From assembly GCA_976551045.1 (NCBI GenBank), contig CDPCPM010000151.1, forward strand, positions 4,278,001 to 4,342,000: 64,000 bases of DNA, in the 5' to 3' direction. The position numbers were made by a program, and so were the translations under genes. Each line of letters begins with the position of its first letter. The stretch's first letter is position 1. The notes beneath the pieces are model-generated. The model saw nothing but the letters and a program-made list of their open reading frames with translations. It did no database searches and was not told where the DNA came from. The stretch comes from Glaucostegus cemiculus. Taxonomy: Eukaryota. Positions 13,335 through 25,404 of the stretch are shown here, piece by piece.

Positions 13335-14100
13335 TTTGGAAGGAAAAACTCCAAGGCGGAGTACATAGTTAATGGCAGGATTCTGAGTAGTGTGAAGGAG
13401 CAGGGGAATCTGGAGGTTCATATCCACAGATCCCTGAAGGTTGCCTCACAGGTGGATAGGGTAGTTAAGAAGTGTTATGGGATATTAGCTTTCATAAGTC
13501 GTGGGATCTAGCTTAAGAGCTCTGAGGTAATGATGCAGCTCTACAAAACTCTGGTTAGACCACACTTGGAGTACTGTGTCCAGTTCCGGTCACCTCATTA
13601 TAGGAAGGATGTGGAAGCATTGGAAAGGGCGCGGAGGAGATTTACCAGGATGCCGCCTGGTTTAGAGAGTATGCATTATGAGGAGAGACTAAGGGAGCTA
13701 GGGCTTTACTCTTTGGAGAGAAGGAGGATGAGAGGAGACATGATAGAGGTGTACAAAATATTAAGAGGAATAGACAGAGTAGACAGCCAGTGCCTCTTGC
13801 CCAGGGCACCAATGCTCAATACAAGAGGGCATGGCTTTAAAGTAATGGGTGGGAAGTTCAAGGGAGATATCAGAGGGAGATTTTTTACCTAGAGAGTGGT
13901 TGGGGCATGGAATGTGCTGCTTGGGGTGGTGGTGGAGGCAGGTATATTGGTCAAATTCAAGTGATTGCTAGATAAGCATATCGAGGAATTTAAAATAGAG
14001 GGAAATGTGGGAGGAAGGGGTTAGATAGTCCTAGGTGAGGTTTAAAGGTTGGCACAACATTGTGGGCCAAAGGGCTTGTATTGTGCTGTACTGTTCTATG
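13335..14100 (+). mobile_element. CR1 LINE 3' portion, relatively young
   Basis: ORF 13530..13892 reads MQLYKTLVRPHLEYCVQF.SPHYRKDVEALER...GDMIEVYKI. Ends tgtgctgtactgttctatg. Confidence 0.95.
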
Positions 14101-14107
14101 ATCAGTT

Positions 14108-14360
14108 TAAATTTTTTAAATGTTATTTACAGTGTGGTAACAGGCCCTTTCGGCCCAACGAGTCCACACCGCCCATTTTAAACACCCTAGATTAACCTAC
14201 CCGTACATCTTTAGAATGTGGGAGGAAACCGGAGCACCTGGAGGAAACCCACGCAGACACGAGAGAGCGTACAAACTCCTTACAGTCAGCGACAGGAATT
14301 GAACCACGATCGCTGGCGCTGTAACAGTGTTGCGCTAACCGCTACGCTAACGTGCTGCCC
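14108..14360 (-). mobile_element. V-SINE, full length, CR1-like tail
   Basis: Reverse complement of the 9875 family. cagtt at 14103-14107 and 14361-14365 is a candidate TSD. Confidence 0.9.
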
Positions 14361-15230
14361 CAGTTGGGGAGTTTGAGTGGGGTGGGATTTTGGAGAGCTG
14401 GGGGGAAACTGTGTGGGCTGGTTGGGTGAGGATTTGGGGACTGGGTAGATGTGGAGGCCGTGCTGAGAATTTTGGGAATCAGATTGAAAGGGTGTTCAGG
14501 CAATTGAGGGAGGGTGGGTTTGGAGGGCTCAGGCAGTAATGGGGGGTGGGGGGAGGAATTGGACAAGGGAAAGTGATGAAGAATGTGAGGACACAGGCAG
14601 TGGGAATGGAGGTGGGAATCATCAATAACAATGGAAAGTTAAAGAAGGCAGCCAGCTGGAAGAATATGGGTGCCGTGCTCCGGCAGTGACCCAGCTAGAG
14701 TGAAGACCCACTTCAGTATTCGCAAGGCAAGGGGTGCCAAACAAGCATACGCTCGGATGGAGGCTACTGGCAACAAGTACTGCACACAGTCTTCTGAAAA
14801 TTCTCCTCCAAGCCCAAAGGTTTGGATATGACTGGTCCAAACTTATGCTGGAATAATGACCACTTCCCTGATGCACTAGACAGCATCTGACAAAGGTATC
14901 CCAGCAACAGTCACCAGCATCAGGAAAAGAGAGGGACTCAAGGCTTGGGCCCTCCTTCTTTCTATTCCCACCATGAGAAACTTTAACCTCTCATTTTCTC
15001 TAGGGTGAACTGAATCACAGCAATAGGCTATCACTATTTGTGGAAAACAAAGAAAATTGAACATAGCAGTTCACAAATAATAACTCTGTGCATCTCATTC
15101 ATTTTCCTGACCTTTTGTTCCCTGCTGGCATGCTTTCTGATTTCTTGTAGTGTCATTGGTTTGGTAGGCATTGATTTGATGACAATTAAATTAATGTGCT
15201 TTTTGTTTGCAAAGTGGTTGCTATTTTGCT

Positions 15231-16330
15231 GTGTTGGGTTGATGACACATTGCTTGGCGTCAGTCTACACTCAGACTGGGCCGGTGTGGACATGTTGGTT
15301 CATTGACACATATGTTCCAAGATGGAGATGAATTTCTGCAGCTGGCCATACTTGAGAGGGATGCTTCACAGTGCCTCATGATTGACACAGTCAAAGGCTC
15401 TTGTAAGGTCAATAAAGTAGTCAAGGTTGTTCTTTATTTCTCTTGGAGCTGTCATGCAGTAAAGGTCACATTCAATGCACCTCCAGATAGACAGAATCCA
15501 CACTGCATTTCAGGGAGAAGCACTTCAACCAATGGGTGAAGGCAGTTGAGGATGATCCTGGTGATGAATGTTCCTGGCAGACAGCAGGGAAACCCTTCAG
15601 TAATGACCAGAATCAGATAGATGTCTTTCTATGAAGATTATAGTGTCTCCAAGGTCACCTGCCATGTCCTCCTCTTCCAGATGTGGAGATGAGGTTTTAA
15701 ATTTGTGGCTTCAGTTCCTCTCCACCATGTTTTAGAACTTCAGCAGGGATACCATCTGATCCTGAGGCCTTGTATATTTTCATTTGGCATGTGGCCTTTT
15801 CAACTTCTAGTCAATCTGGAGTTCTAACAAGGCTGAGCTGATAGTTGGTTGTGGAATGGAGACTAGGGCATGAGTCAAGGACAGAATCGTAGTGGAAGAG
15901 AAATTTAAAGTTTTCCTTCTGGCAGGTCCTGACTGCCTCTCTATCCTTGATAGGTTCACCTCCATTCTTGGTTCTCAGCAGGTTGGGTCCTTGAGTGTTT
16001 GGGCCTTGACAGCACTGAAGAATCCATGCATGTCATGGTTATCAGTGAGCTCGTGTATTTTCCACCTGCCACCTGTTCTTTCAATCATTGTTTCTCTGTT
16101 GGCCCTGAGTCTCCAGGTGCTTGTAGAGCAGATCCTTTTCTCTTGAGGCATAATGGAGGTACCAATCCGAGAAGAGCTATCTTTGTGCGTCCCAAGAAGC
16201 TTCAGCGTTGCCTTTCTTACAGCAACAGTTCTGTTGCCCGTTTTTGGGCCAGGCTGATGAAGATAATAGACTGGATTGAGCACTGCAAGTGCGTCAATCA
16301 TTGGCATCCAACCTGGCACCGATGATGTAG
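15231..16330 (-). mobile_element. RTE LINE, inverted segment (endonuclease C-terminus/linker to RT domain 4)
   Basis: ORF 15975..16334 contains ELTDNHDMHGFFSAVK. Also GSDGIPAEVLK (~15750), LPEMQCGF (~15505), DLTRAFD (~15395) and KQCVI (~15245). Confidence 0.8.
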
Positions 16331-17372
16331 ACACCCAAGGTCATTCCAACTTTGCTGTACCCAGGTTCTACTTGTACATGTGCACATTTGGAAGCCGAGC
16401 TCCAAGTCATCATTGACTCCTTCACTGATGCATAAGACAGAATAGGCCTCAATATTCACGAAAGATCCTCAACCAACCTGTCCCCATTGTACAACACTGC
16501 CCCTGGCAATAAAGAACAACCACGATACTTGGAAAACATGGACCACTTCTCATATCTCAGGAGCCACCTCTCAATGAAGTCAGCATAGTCTTTGGGCACC
16601 AGTACAGCCTTTGGCCAACTGAGAATAAGAGCAACAAACAATATGCTGGAGGAACTCAGTGTGTCATACATCATCCGTGGGAGGAAAGAAATTGTTGACA
16701 TTTCAGGTCAAAAACCCTGCAACCCGCTGAGTTCCTCCAGCACATTGTTTGTTGCTCTAGATTCCAGCAGGGGCAGTTTCTTGTGTCTCCTAAGAATAAG
16801 AGCATTTGAAGAACAAGATATCAAGTCCAGCACAGACCTCATTCCTCCCCTCCTGTCTGTTTCTGACACATGGACTATATAGATTAGGCATCTCAAAGTA
16901 CTGGAGAGGTACTAGTGTTTGACTCAGCAGAATCCTCCTTATTCAGTGGCAGGATAAGTGAATTAACATTAGTGTCCTCTCCCATGCCAACATCCCCATT
17001 ACTGAGACCCTAACTGCACTCATCACTTCCAAAGAGTAGACCATGTTTGCATGCCCAAAACCATATGCTCTGCTCTGAGTCTTGTCACAGAAAGAGGTCA
17101 ACAGGTGGACAAAGGAAACAATTTAGGAATGTTCTCAAAACCAATATGAAAAATATAACATCCTCACCAACCTGGGGGAATCGCTGGTCCATGACAGCTC
17201 AAAATGGAGAAAGAACATTCATAATGAAAATGAGAACCTTAAATCCACGCATCAAGAACATACAGAAGTCTGGCGTAAAGTGTGGAAGGAGTGCACCACC
17301 TCCCACACACCAGCAGCAAAGTCTGTAGGTACCACATTGGCCTCATCTACCTCCTCAGATCCTGCAAAACTA
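16331..17372 (+). mobile_element. RTE LINE 3' segment (RT domain 5 region to C-terminus); extreme 3' end resumes at 18475-18515
   Basis: EAELQVIIDSFT, LENMDHFSYLRSHLS, AFGQLRIRAFEEQD, GGQRKQFRNVLK and KVCRYHIGL. 18475-18515 matches the RTE terminus seen antisense at 42352-42385 and 45562-45600. Confidence 0.82.
16628..16790. mobile_element. Short Penelope-derived hairpin element inserted in the RTE
   Basis: Arms agagcaacaaacaatatgctggaggaactcag and ctgagttcctccagcacattgtttgttgctct. agaataagagca is duplicated at 16622-16633 and 16793-16804. Confidence 0.8.
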
Positions 17373-17374
17373 GA

Positions 17375-18472
17375 CATATGAACATACACATTAGGAGCAG
17401 GAGTAGGCCACTCAGTCTCACAAGCCTGTTTATCATTTAATAAAATTGCGGCTGATCAAATTGCAACTGCAACTCCACATTCCCGTCCAATCACAGTAAC
17501 CTTTCATCCCCTTGCTCATCAAGTACTTATCTACTTCTGACTTGAAAATATTCAAAGACTCTTCTTCCACCACCTCTGAGGGAGAGAGTTTGAGATACTT
17601 GCAACCCTCTGAGAGAAAGAACTTTGCTTCATCTCTGTGTTAAATGAAAGACTCCATTTGAAATAGGGACCCTGGTTTTACATTCTCCCAGAAAAGGAAA
17701 CACCCTCTCTGCCTGTCAAGACCTCTTAGGATCTTAAATGCTTCATTCAAGTCGTCTCTTCAGCAGGTACAAGCCTAGCCTGTCCAATTGATCCTCATAA
17801 CACAACCCAATCTATTCCAAGTATTAATCTATTAATCTTTCCCTCTACTTTTTCCAATGCACTAACTTCCTTCCTTAGATAAGGAGACTGGTACTGTTCA
17901 CAGTACTCCAGATGTTGTCTCCCAAACGCTCCATATAAACAAAGCATAACCTCCCTACTTTTGTATTTAACTCTTCTTGTAATAAATGAAAATATTTTAT
18001 TACCTTTATTAATTACTTGTTGCCTTTTGTGAATCACACTGTAGAACACACAGATCCCTCTGTATTTCAGAACTCTGCAATCTCTCACTATTCAGGTAAG
18101 ATGCTTTTTTAAAATATTTTTTTGCTGATATTAACAATCTCACTTTTTTCCAACATATTTAATTTGCCAGATCTTTGCTCATCATCTAACCTACGCATAT
18201 CCCATTGTAGCCTCTTTATATCCTCCTTGCAACTTACTTTCCTACCTATCTTTATGTCAGCAGCAGAGTTAGCAGCCATACCTTTGGTGCCTTCATCCAA
18301 GTTATTTATATAAATTGTAGAAGGTCCCAGCACTGATCCATGTGGCACATCATTCATTATGTCTCACCAACTGAAAAAAGGCCCATTTATGCCTCCTCTT
18401 TGCTTTCTGTTAGCCAGCCAATTTTCTATCCATGCCAATATGTTACCACCTACACCATGAGCTTTTATTTTC
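17375..18472 (-). mobile_element. CR1 LINE 3' portion, old, inserted in the RTE 3' end
   Basis: ORFs 17795..18088 (HLEYC.QY.SPYLRK) and 18109..18357 (VPHGSVLGP..IYINNLDEG). Confidence 0.88.
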
Positions 18473-18547
18473 CACAAATCACCCTTGATCCTGAAGAATT
18501 GCTTGACAGGAGAAGTCGACATTTTCCACACACAGTCATTATGGTCA

Positions 18548-19090
18548 AAGAATCACAGATTCACCCCGCACAGAAACAGGCCATTCATCCCACCATATTT
18601 TTTACCGACCTTTTTGTCCATCTACACAAATCCCATACATTTGCATTGGGACCACAATCTTCTATGCCTTGCCTATTTAAGTATCTGTCTAAATGCTCCT
18701 TAAATGTGGTAATTGTATCTCATTCCATCACCTTCTCTGGCAGGACATTCCAGATATCAACCACTCTCTGTGTAAAAAATGTATCCCTCAGAGCCCTTTA
18801 AAACTCCTTCCTCTCACTTTAAACCCATACATGTACTTGTGCATATGACAATAAACTGGACTTTAGACTTTGACCTTCTTGTTTTTTGACACCCCTACCA
18901 TGGGAAAAAGATTTTGAATATCTACCCAATCTATGTCTCTCATAATCTTATATCCCTCTATCAGGTCACCCCTCAGCCTAATTTGCTCCAGGGAAAACCA
19001 GCCCAGCCTATCCAATCTCTCCCCATAACTAAAGACCTCCAATCCAGGCAACATCCTGGTGAATCTCTTCTGCTCTCTCTCCAGTGCATT
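18548..19090 (-). mobile_element. CR1 3' end containing a ~48-bp Rex-type tail insert (18826-18873, +)
   Basis: ORF 18863..19093 reads ALER.QKRFTRMLPGL. The insert is catacatgtacttgtgcatatgacaataaactggactttagactttga. Confidence 0.85.
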
Positions 19091-19379
19091 CAAATTCAGA
19101 TATCTTTCAGGTGTTTTGAAACAGATGGTTAAAGTCCAAGGTTTAACTTCAATTATATATTCTAATGAATAAATCTTTCTTTTCCACTTTCTTTTACTGC
19201 AGTTAGTGAAGAAAGGAATGAAAACACTAAAATACAGGGTGCATGATTAGTAACCTTTCTAATATCTTTTAATGGTCCATGGAAAAATATCAGAGTGCTG
19301 CAACTCTGGATTTTCCCCATTTCTACTGACACATGGATCCAGAGTAATTCCAGCATTTCCCAAGGATAGGAGCTGGAGT

Positions 19380-19945
19380 TGGCAATACTCTCACTCAAGC
19401 CTACTCTGCCATTTAAAGTGATATCAGTTGACCTTCTACCTCATTCACTTTTCACCTCCACATTGCTCTTCATTACCATAAACCCATCCATCTCAGCATC
19501 TCAACATTAAATATACCCAATTACTAAACATCCACAGTCCCTCTGAGGTAGAAATTGCAAAGAATTACAACTCCCTGAGTAAAGACAATTCTCTTCATCA
19601 CAGGTTTAACTGGTTGATTGCTTGTCCTGAGGCAATATATCCTTATTACAACTCTCCAAGCTCAGGGAACATTGTTGGTATCCATTGCATGAATCCCTCA
19701 CAGTACTTTGAGATTGCCTCTCATTCTTTGAACACCAGTGGTTATCACCCAGTCCCCCTCAGCATTTTCTCTTAGAGAACTCTCTCATCCCACGAATTAA
19801 GCTTGTGAATCTATGCACATAGATCCATCCTCAGATTTGAAGACTAAATCTCTATAGTACTCCATGTATGCTCTCACCAAGTCCCTTCAGACAAATTCCT
19901 CTACCTTTGAACACCTGCAATGAAAGCCAACATGCCACTTGTGAG
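19380..19945 (-). mobile_element. CR1 3' end, highly decayed
   Basis: acaactccctgagtaaaga, ttgagattgcctctcattctt and cccagtcccctcagcattttctc match antisense CR1 C-terminal motifs. Confidence 0.6.
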
Positions 19946-19957
19946 TTTAAAGAAACT

Positions 19958-20790
19958 CTGACCAATGCCAACCTTTCCCTCAATGTCAGTAAAACAAAAG
20001 AGCTAGCCATTGACTTCAGGAAAGGGGGCGGTGTGCATGCACCTGTCTACATCAATAGTGCTCTGGTCAAGAGGGTTGAGAGCTTCAAGTTCCTAGGAGT
20101 GAACATCACCAATAGCCTGTCCTGGTCCAACTGCGTAGACGCCATGGCCAAAAAAGCTCACAGGCGCCTCTACTCCCTCAGAAGGCTAAAGAAATTTGGC
20201 ATGTCCCCTTTGACACTCACCAACTTTTATCGATGCACCATAGAAAGCATCCTATCTGGATGCATCATGGCTTGGTATGGCAACTGCTCTGTCTGGCACC
20301 GCAAGAAATTGCAGATTGTTGTGGACATAGCCCAGCACTTCACGGAAACCAGCTTTCCTCCATGGACTCTGAAGGTCTATACCTCTTGCTACCTTGGTGA
20401 AGCAGCCAGCATAATCAAAAATCCCACCCACTGGGGACATTCTTTCTTCTGCCCTCTCCCATCAGGCATAAGATACAGGAGCCTGAGGGCACATACCACC
20501 AGGCTCAAGGACAGCTTCTATCCCACTACGGTAAGACTATTGAATGGTTTCCTTATATGATGAGATGGACTCTTGAACTCACAATCCACCTTGTTATGAG
20601 CTTGCACTTATTGTCTACCTGCAATGCACTTCCCTGTAGCTGTGACACTTTACTCTGTATTCTGTTATTGTTTTTACCCTGTACTACCTCAGTGCATTGT
20701 GTAATGAATTGATCTGTACGAACTGTATGCAAGACTAGTTTTTCACTGTGCCTCAGTACATGACAATAATAAACCAATACAAATACCAAT
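19958..20790 (+). mobile_element. Rex1/Babar LINE 3' portion; ~200 codons still open
   Basis: ORF 19868..20560 reads NLSLNVSKTKEL.IDFRK...ESFKFLGVNIT..LSW...KKA.RRLY.LRRLKKF...FYRCTIESIL. Tail aataaaccaatacaaataccaat. Confidence 0.93.
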
Positions 20791-20994
20791 TGTGGACTTG
20801 CACAACCATTCAAACATTGCATTTGTGACTTTGTAATTACAAATGCAAAATGTCCCAGAACAGGAGAAGTTTTTCTCATAACAGTAACATTAAAACCTAG
20901 AATAAAACAGTGGGCCTTATTGTGTTTGCTATGGCTGGTGTTTTCAATTGGAACTGCCAACCTTCATCCATTCAAACTAAAGTAAACCCTGGAT

Positions 20995-21040
20995 TCACTC
21001 ACTCACTCACTCACTCACACACACACACACACTTACTTAC
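20995..21040. repeat. Compound microsatellite (CACT)n(CA)n
   Basis: cactcactcactcactcactcacacacacacacacacttacttac. Confidence 0.9.
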
Positions 21041-21081
21041 ACTGGGGAACACAGAGTAAGATCCAAGGATTCCAGGCCTAG

Positions 21082-21235
21082 GACATATGAAATAGAAGGA
21101 AATAGTAGTAGGTCATTCAGCCCCTCATTGTTATTCCATCATTCAAAAAGATCATGGCTGATCTTTTACCTTGGCTCCCCTTTCCTGCTTTAATCAGATA
21201 TTCCTTGATTCCTTTAATATCTCAAAATCTATTGA
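21082..21235 (-). mobile_element. CR1 3' UTR fragment
   Basis: gtaggtcattcagcccctc...ccatcattcaaaaagatcatggctgatc. Confidence 0.7.
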
Positions 21236-21378
21236 CGGATTAGGTGGCAAAAGTTTTGTTTGTTTCTTTGGTTTAATGCTTTTATTTGTTTTTAATTAAC
21301 TTTATATTTTTACTTCTATACATTTTTTTAAAAACTACGTATTTTTAATTATTGGTTTCATTTTCAATACTTTTAAAT

Positions 21379-21585
21379 GTCAAAGTTGAGTTTATTGTCA
21401 TGTGCACAAGTACATGTATGCACAGGTGCAATGAAAAACTTACCTACAGCAGCATCACAGGCACATGGCATCATATAAGCAGCACTCACAAGAAAACATA
21501 AATTAAACATAAATTATGCACAATCTTTACAAGAAAATACAATTGGAACAAAGTGGCCAAAGTGGGCATGGTGTTGCTAAACTAG
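21379..21585 (-). mobile_element. Rex1/Babar 3' UTR fragment
   Basis: gtcaaagttgagtttattgtcatgtgcacaagtacatg...gcaatgaaaaacttac; antisense to the tail type at 60370-60450. Confidence 0.7.
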
Positions 21586-22329
21586 TTTCTAAATGTCAGG
21601 CATTTACAAGACGTTAATATGAGTGACAACTTTCACAGAAGATGAAGCTCCCTGTCCAGTCATTGTTTTCTGTCGAGGGCTACCAGACATGTTTATAGTC
21701 AGGACCTTTGCATGAGCCTGCCCACAGTGAGGCATAGTTCTAACCTCACTGCTCAGGAGTGCAGAGGACCAGTGGAAGAGGATCTCCATATCTGGCCCAA
21801 GAGCAAGTATGCAGTGAGCCGTGGTAATGGGCCCAGCCCAGTATTATTGTCAATGGATCTGCTGCTGCTTGCTTCTTCATCCCTAAGGTGAGAAATGAAC
21901 TGTCATCCTGTGTCTTCAGTGACCTGAACTCCATCTGAAATTTATTCTACTTCTCTGTGCATACATGGCTGGCATCAACATAGTGGCCTGGATCTTCCTG
22001 AAAGTTTGCATCATGGTAACAGCATCTTGATGGTGCACATCACCATTCCAACACATGAAAATTATGACACTAATTGAATGATGCAATTTATTTGGCTATG
22101 CCAGTTTATTCTGGGATATTTGTTGAGATTCTTTGAGCTTCATTGAGATTCCTTCTGAAAGAGTTAAAAGTTAATTATAATAATACTGTACCCCCATTTA
22201 AAGCAGTGGCAACTTTCCTTAGTTCACACTCTTGACCACATGCATCCACAGGAAAGTGGCTATGTCAGGATTACTGTAATGATCTGGAACATTTTGGCAC
22301 TCCCGTGAAAGTGCTCATTGGTAACAACA

Positions 22330-22792
22330 AGCAGAGTCCAACATGTCTAGTCAACTTGGACCAGGAGAAGACTCTTGACAGAATATCACACATATACGTG
22401 ATGGATCTGCTATCAAAACAGGTGTTATGCAGGAAATCCATAATTGGATGTTGGATGGTTCCTTGAGTAGACTAACAAAGTCGTTTGGCAGAATACCTCA
22501 TCACCAGAGTTCGCTTGGCGAGTGGTGAGAAGGGCCTTTCCCATCAGATCATCCGAGCACAGCTGGCATCTCAATTCCACTGCTTGCTGCCCTTAAGGAG
22601 GCTGCTATAAGGATGAGATGGTCACCCATCCATGTGTTTGCCAAGAAGGCCTGGAAAGGGATGCAGTGGTCTTTGTCAAGGTTCATTCTGAGCAGCTGTG
22701 TTACACAGGGTCTGTGCTCCACGGGCTATGTACAGGGATGCCCAATGAGACAAACATTGACTGCTGCTGGAAGATCACCAACTTGCTGAAAA
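22330..22792 (+). mobile_element. L1-Tx1 clade LINE fragments, internally deleted
   Basis: LVNLDQEKTLDRISH.Y.MDLLSK (RT domain 3), WQNTSSPE, RVVRRAFPIRS and GL..GMPNETNIDCCWKITN. Confidence 0.75.
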
Positions 22793-22795
22793 ATG

Positions 22796-22932
22796 TAGGG
22801 ACTGTCCCCAGGTTATGAATGCCCAACTTATGGAAACTCCCAAAAAATGAACAAGCTCCAGTAATATTATTAAATTCTAAAGTCCAGCATAAGATCATAC
22901 ATTTATCCGTATGAATGGCTGAACTAATTTCC

Positions 22933-22968
<36 letters not shown>

Positions 22969-23134
22969 CTTTTAGTAATCGTTCTTTCTTATGTGCTTTT
23001 GATGTCATTCATTACAATACTGTAGAGGTATGGTTACCATATCGAGTGATTTTTCTGTATTTCTGACATAGACAAAATCGACTTATGGATGTCCTTGAAA
23101 ACGGGACCTGTTCATTACCTGGGGACGGACTGTG
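22796..23134 (+). mobile_element. Tigger/pogo-like MITE with internal (CT)n
   Basis: Imperfect TIRs ggactgtccccaggttatgaa and ttcattacctggggacggactg, flanked by TA/TG. A second copy lies at 43987-44338. Confidence 0.72.
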
Positions 23135-23534
23135 CTTTGAACTGCTTAAACCTTGCTGTTCTTTCAGTACTAGGAAATATTGCAAGCAAATGCTGGTTAC
23201 TGGCACACTCCAAGGTATAGGACTACGTGCTGAGGAGTGTACTGAAGCTTAGTGCAGCCACTGCAAAGGCTGGCTGGGGAAATGCCCCAATGTAGAGTCC
23301 TCCCATCACTGGACAATGAGGGGCAAGGCCCTGTGTAACAATCATTCAATCTTATCTCTGATAGAATGTCTGTGAATGAAAAATCGATGCTATGTTGACA
23401 CAAAGCAAATATTATATTTAATGTGACAATATGAAGACAATGCAATTTCCTGCATTGAATAATTGTATATTTTATAAATAAGGCATTATACTATTGGAAA
23501 AAAATAACAATGACTAGAATTCAGGGTCAAGCCC

Positions 23535-24205
23535 CTCTTCGTGATATCTTGTGCTTCACCGAAGACCTCTCCTGGGGAACTCACTCTACAGTAAGCATCA
23601 GGAAGGCGCAACAGCGTCTGTACTTCCTACGGCAGCTGAAGAGTGCAAACTTGTCAACAGGTATCCTGGTCAATTTCTATAGGTGTGCGATAGAGAGCAT
23701 CCTGACATACGGCATCACTGCCTTGTATGCCAGCTGTACCAACAAAGAGAGGAAAGGCCTACAGTGGGTGATTGACACGGCACGGAAGATCACAGGGGTG
23801 CGCCTACCCGCATTGGCAGACATTTATGAGTCCTGGTGTCTGAACAAGGCTACAAACATCATTAAGGACTCTTCCCACCCGGCCCATCACCTCTTCAGTC
23901 TTCTCCCCTCAAAGAAACGCTTCAGGACATTCCACACATCCACGGCCAGATTGAGGAATAGCTTCTTCCCCAACGCCGTGAAAATCTTAAACAAGGACTT
24001 TAAATTTCACAGATTGCACTAGTTCTTTCTCGCTTCTTCTCTCTCTCCCTCTAATAAGTGTAAACTCTAACTTAATTTATTCTCTATTTTTTTAATATTT
24101 AAGTACTGTGCCTATTGTCTGACATGGGAGTACCAATGAAATCTCGTTCTGTTGTCTCAGCAGCCCAATGACAATAAAGCAATCTTGAATCTTGAATCTT
24201 GAATC
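23535..24205 (+). mobile_element. Rex1/Babar LINE 3' portion, distinct subfamily, (AATCTTG)n tail
   Basis: ORF 23510..24022 reads EDLSW..H...IRKAQQRLYFLRQLK...FYRCAIESIL...HP.HHLFSLLPS..R...TARLRNSFFP.A. Confidence 0.93.
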
Positions 24206-25251
24206 AGTGTTCACAAGGCATGCAATGAGCCACAACCCTTCTGGCAGAACATTTCTTCAGATCTTTCCACACCATTTGCTGTACTTGGTTTATAAGCAGC
24301 TCTCCCTGCACTTGACTTTGAGATGCAAACCCTACTGGAAATAAATAACTGCCCACTCTACCTCTCCTAGCATTACATTATTTTACTGATTTGCAGGAAA
24401 AAGTGTACTCTGGATAAGTTGACACTTAGCAGTTTTAACTTTGGAACAAATTATTGTCCATTATTTGTATTGCTTCTGATTCACCTCCATGCTTGCTTTA
24501 CCACAGTCTAATTATAACTTGGGAAGTTAGTGACATTGAAAACAGCATGATGGTCAGCTAAAGAATTGCCAAATTCTCTAATGCAGGAAAATCCAAGTCG
24601 ATACAAACAACGTATAAACTGTATTCGGTATAACTGAGCATTCCTGGCAAAATGTATTAGGTATTAGATAATGACAAGGAGCACTGTCAATTATGATACA
24701 GAATGTGTACCAGTAACTTCTTGTTAATAAAGCACTATATGTAGCAAATCAAACCACATCATTGGATTTGTAATCTGATTTGCTCAACTTCAGCAACATA
24801 TAAATAATGTTAAGGGTCTAAGACACAGCATTCAAATGGACGCCTGTGATTGAATATTGCTCAGTGCAATACAACTACATCCTGTACTCCTAACCCATGA
24901 TGGAAGGTATTTAGAAAGAGAAGCTGGTTTTCCATGCCTGTGACCTCAACTCTCATAAACCATGAAAAGTTGTGTTCCAGGTACTGCTGGAGGTGAAGAT
25001 TTCATTTGTTTTATAATACTGCAAAAATTTTATATGCCTGTCATTAGTGAGCCCTATCAGACTTTACTTCCACCCATTTCAGTCTCTGCCCCACATTTCT
25101 CCACTAAAATCCAAAATAAAGAATTTAACATAATCATTGATCACTCCAGGAATGCAGTAAGCATGATGCTAGCTGGACATCTCACTCCAGGCATTCAAAG
25201 ACTGTCTTTGTTCCTTTGGATTCTCAATCCCTTTTGTCTCTGTTTTTGAAG

Positions 25252-25404
25252 CCAGTGCTGGAGTCTAATGGAGACATCAGACAGCGAGCCAACTCCCTTG
25301 AAATAACTCCCTTTGTTCTCCACGGTGGACACAATAACCGGTTCCACCCCGCCATCTCCATCTCAATACCCGTGCCGGACCAAGCCCACAAGAGCATACA
25401 CTGA
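25252..25404 (+). CDS. Candidate terminal coding exon of an unidentified gene (PVLESNGDIRQRANSLEITPFVLHGGHNNRFHPAISISIPVPDQAHKSIH*)
   Basis: Pyrimidine tract and AG acceptor (cttttgtctctgtttttgaag), 50 open codons then TGA, 6 CpGs in otherwise CpG-poor unique DNA. Protein not recognised; no convincing upstream exon chain. Confidence 0.2.
   Translation, partial: PVLESNGDIRQRANSLEITPFVLHGGHNNRFHPAISISIPVPDQAHKSIH

Noticed and set aside
14362-14810. G-rich, strand-biased stretch (a C-rich counterpart lies at 8640-9200)
   Set aside because: May be decayed non-autonomous DNA-transposon interior, but no paired TIRs or regular period could be shown.
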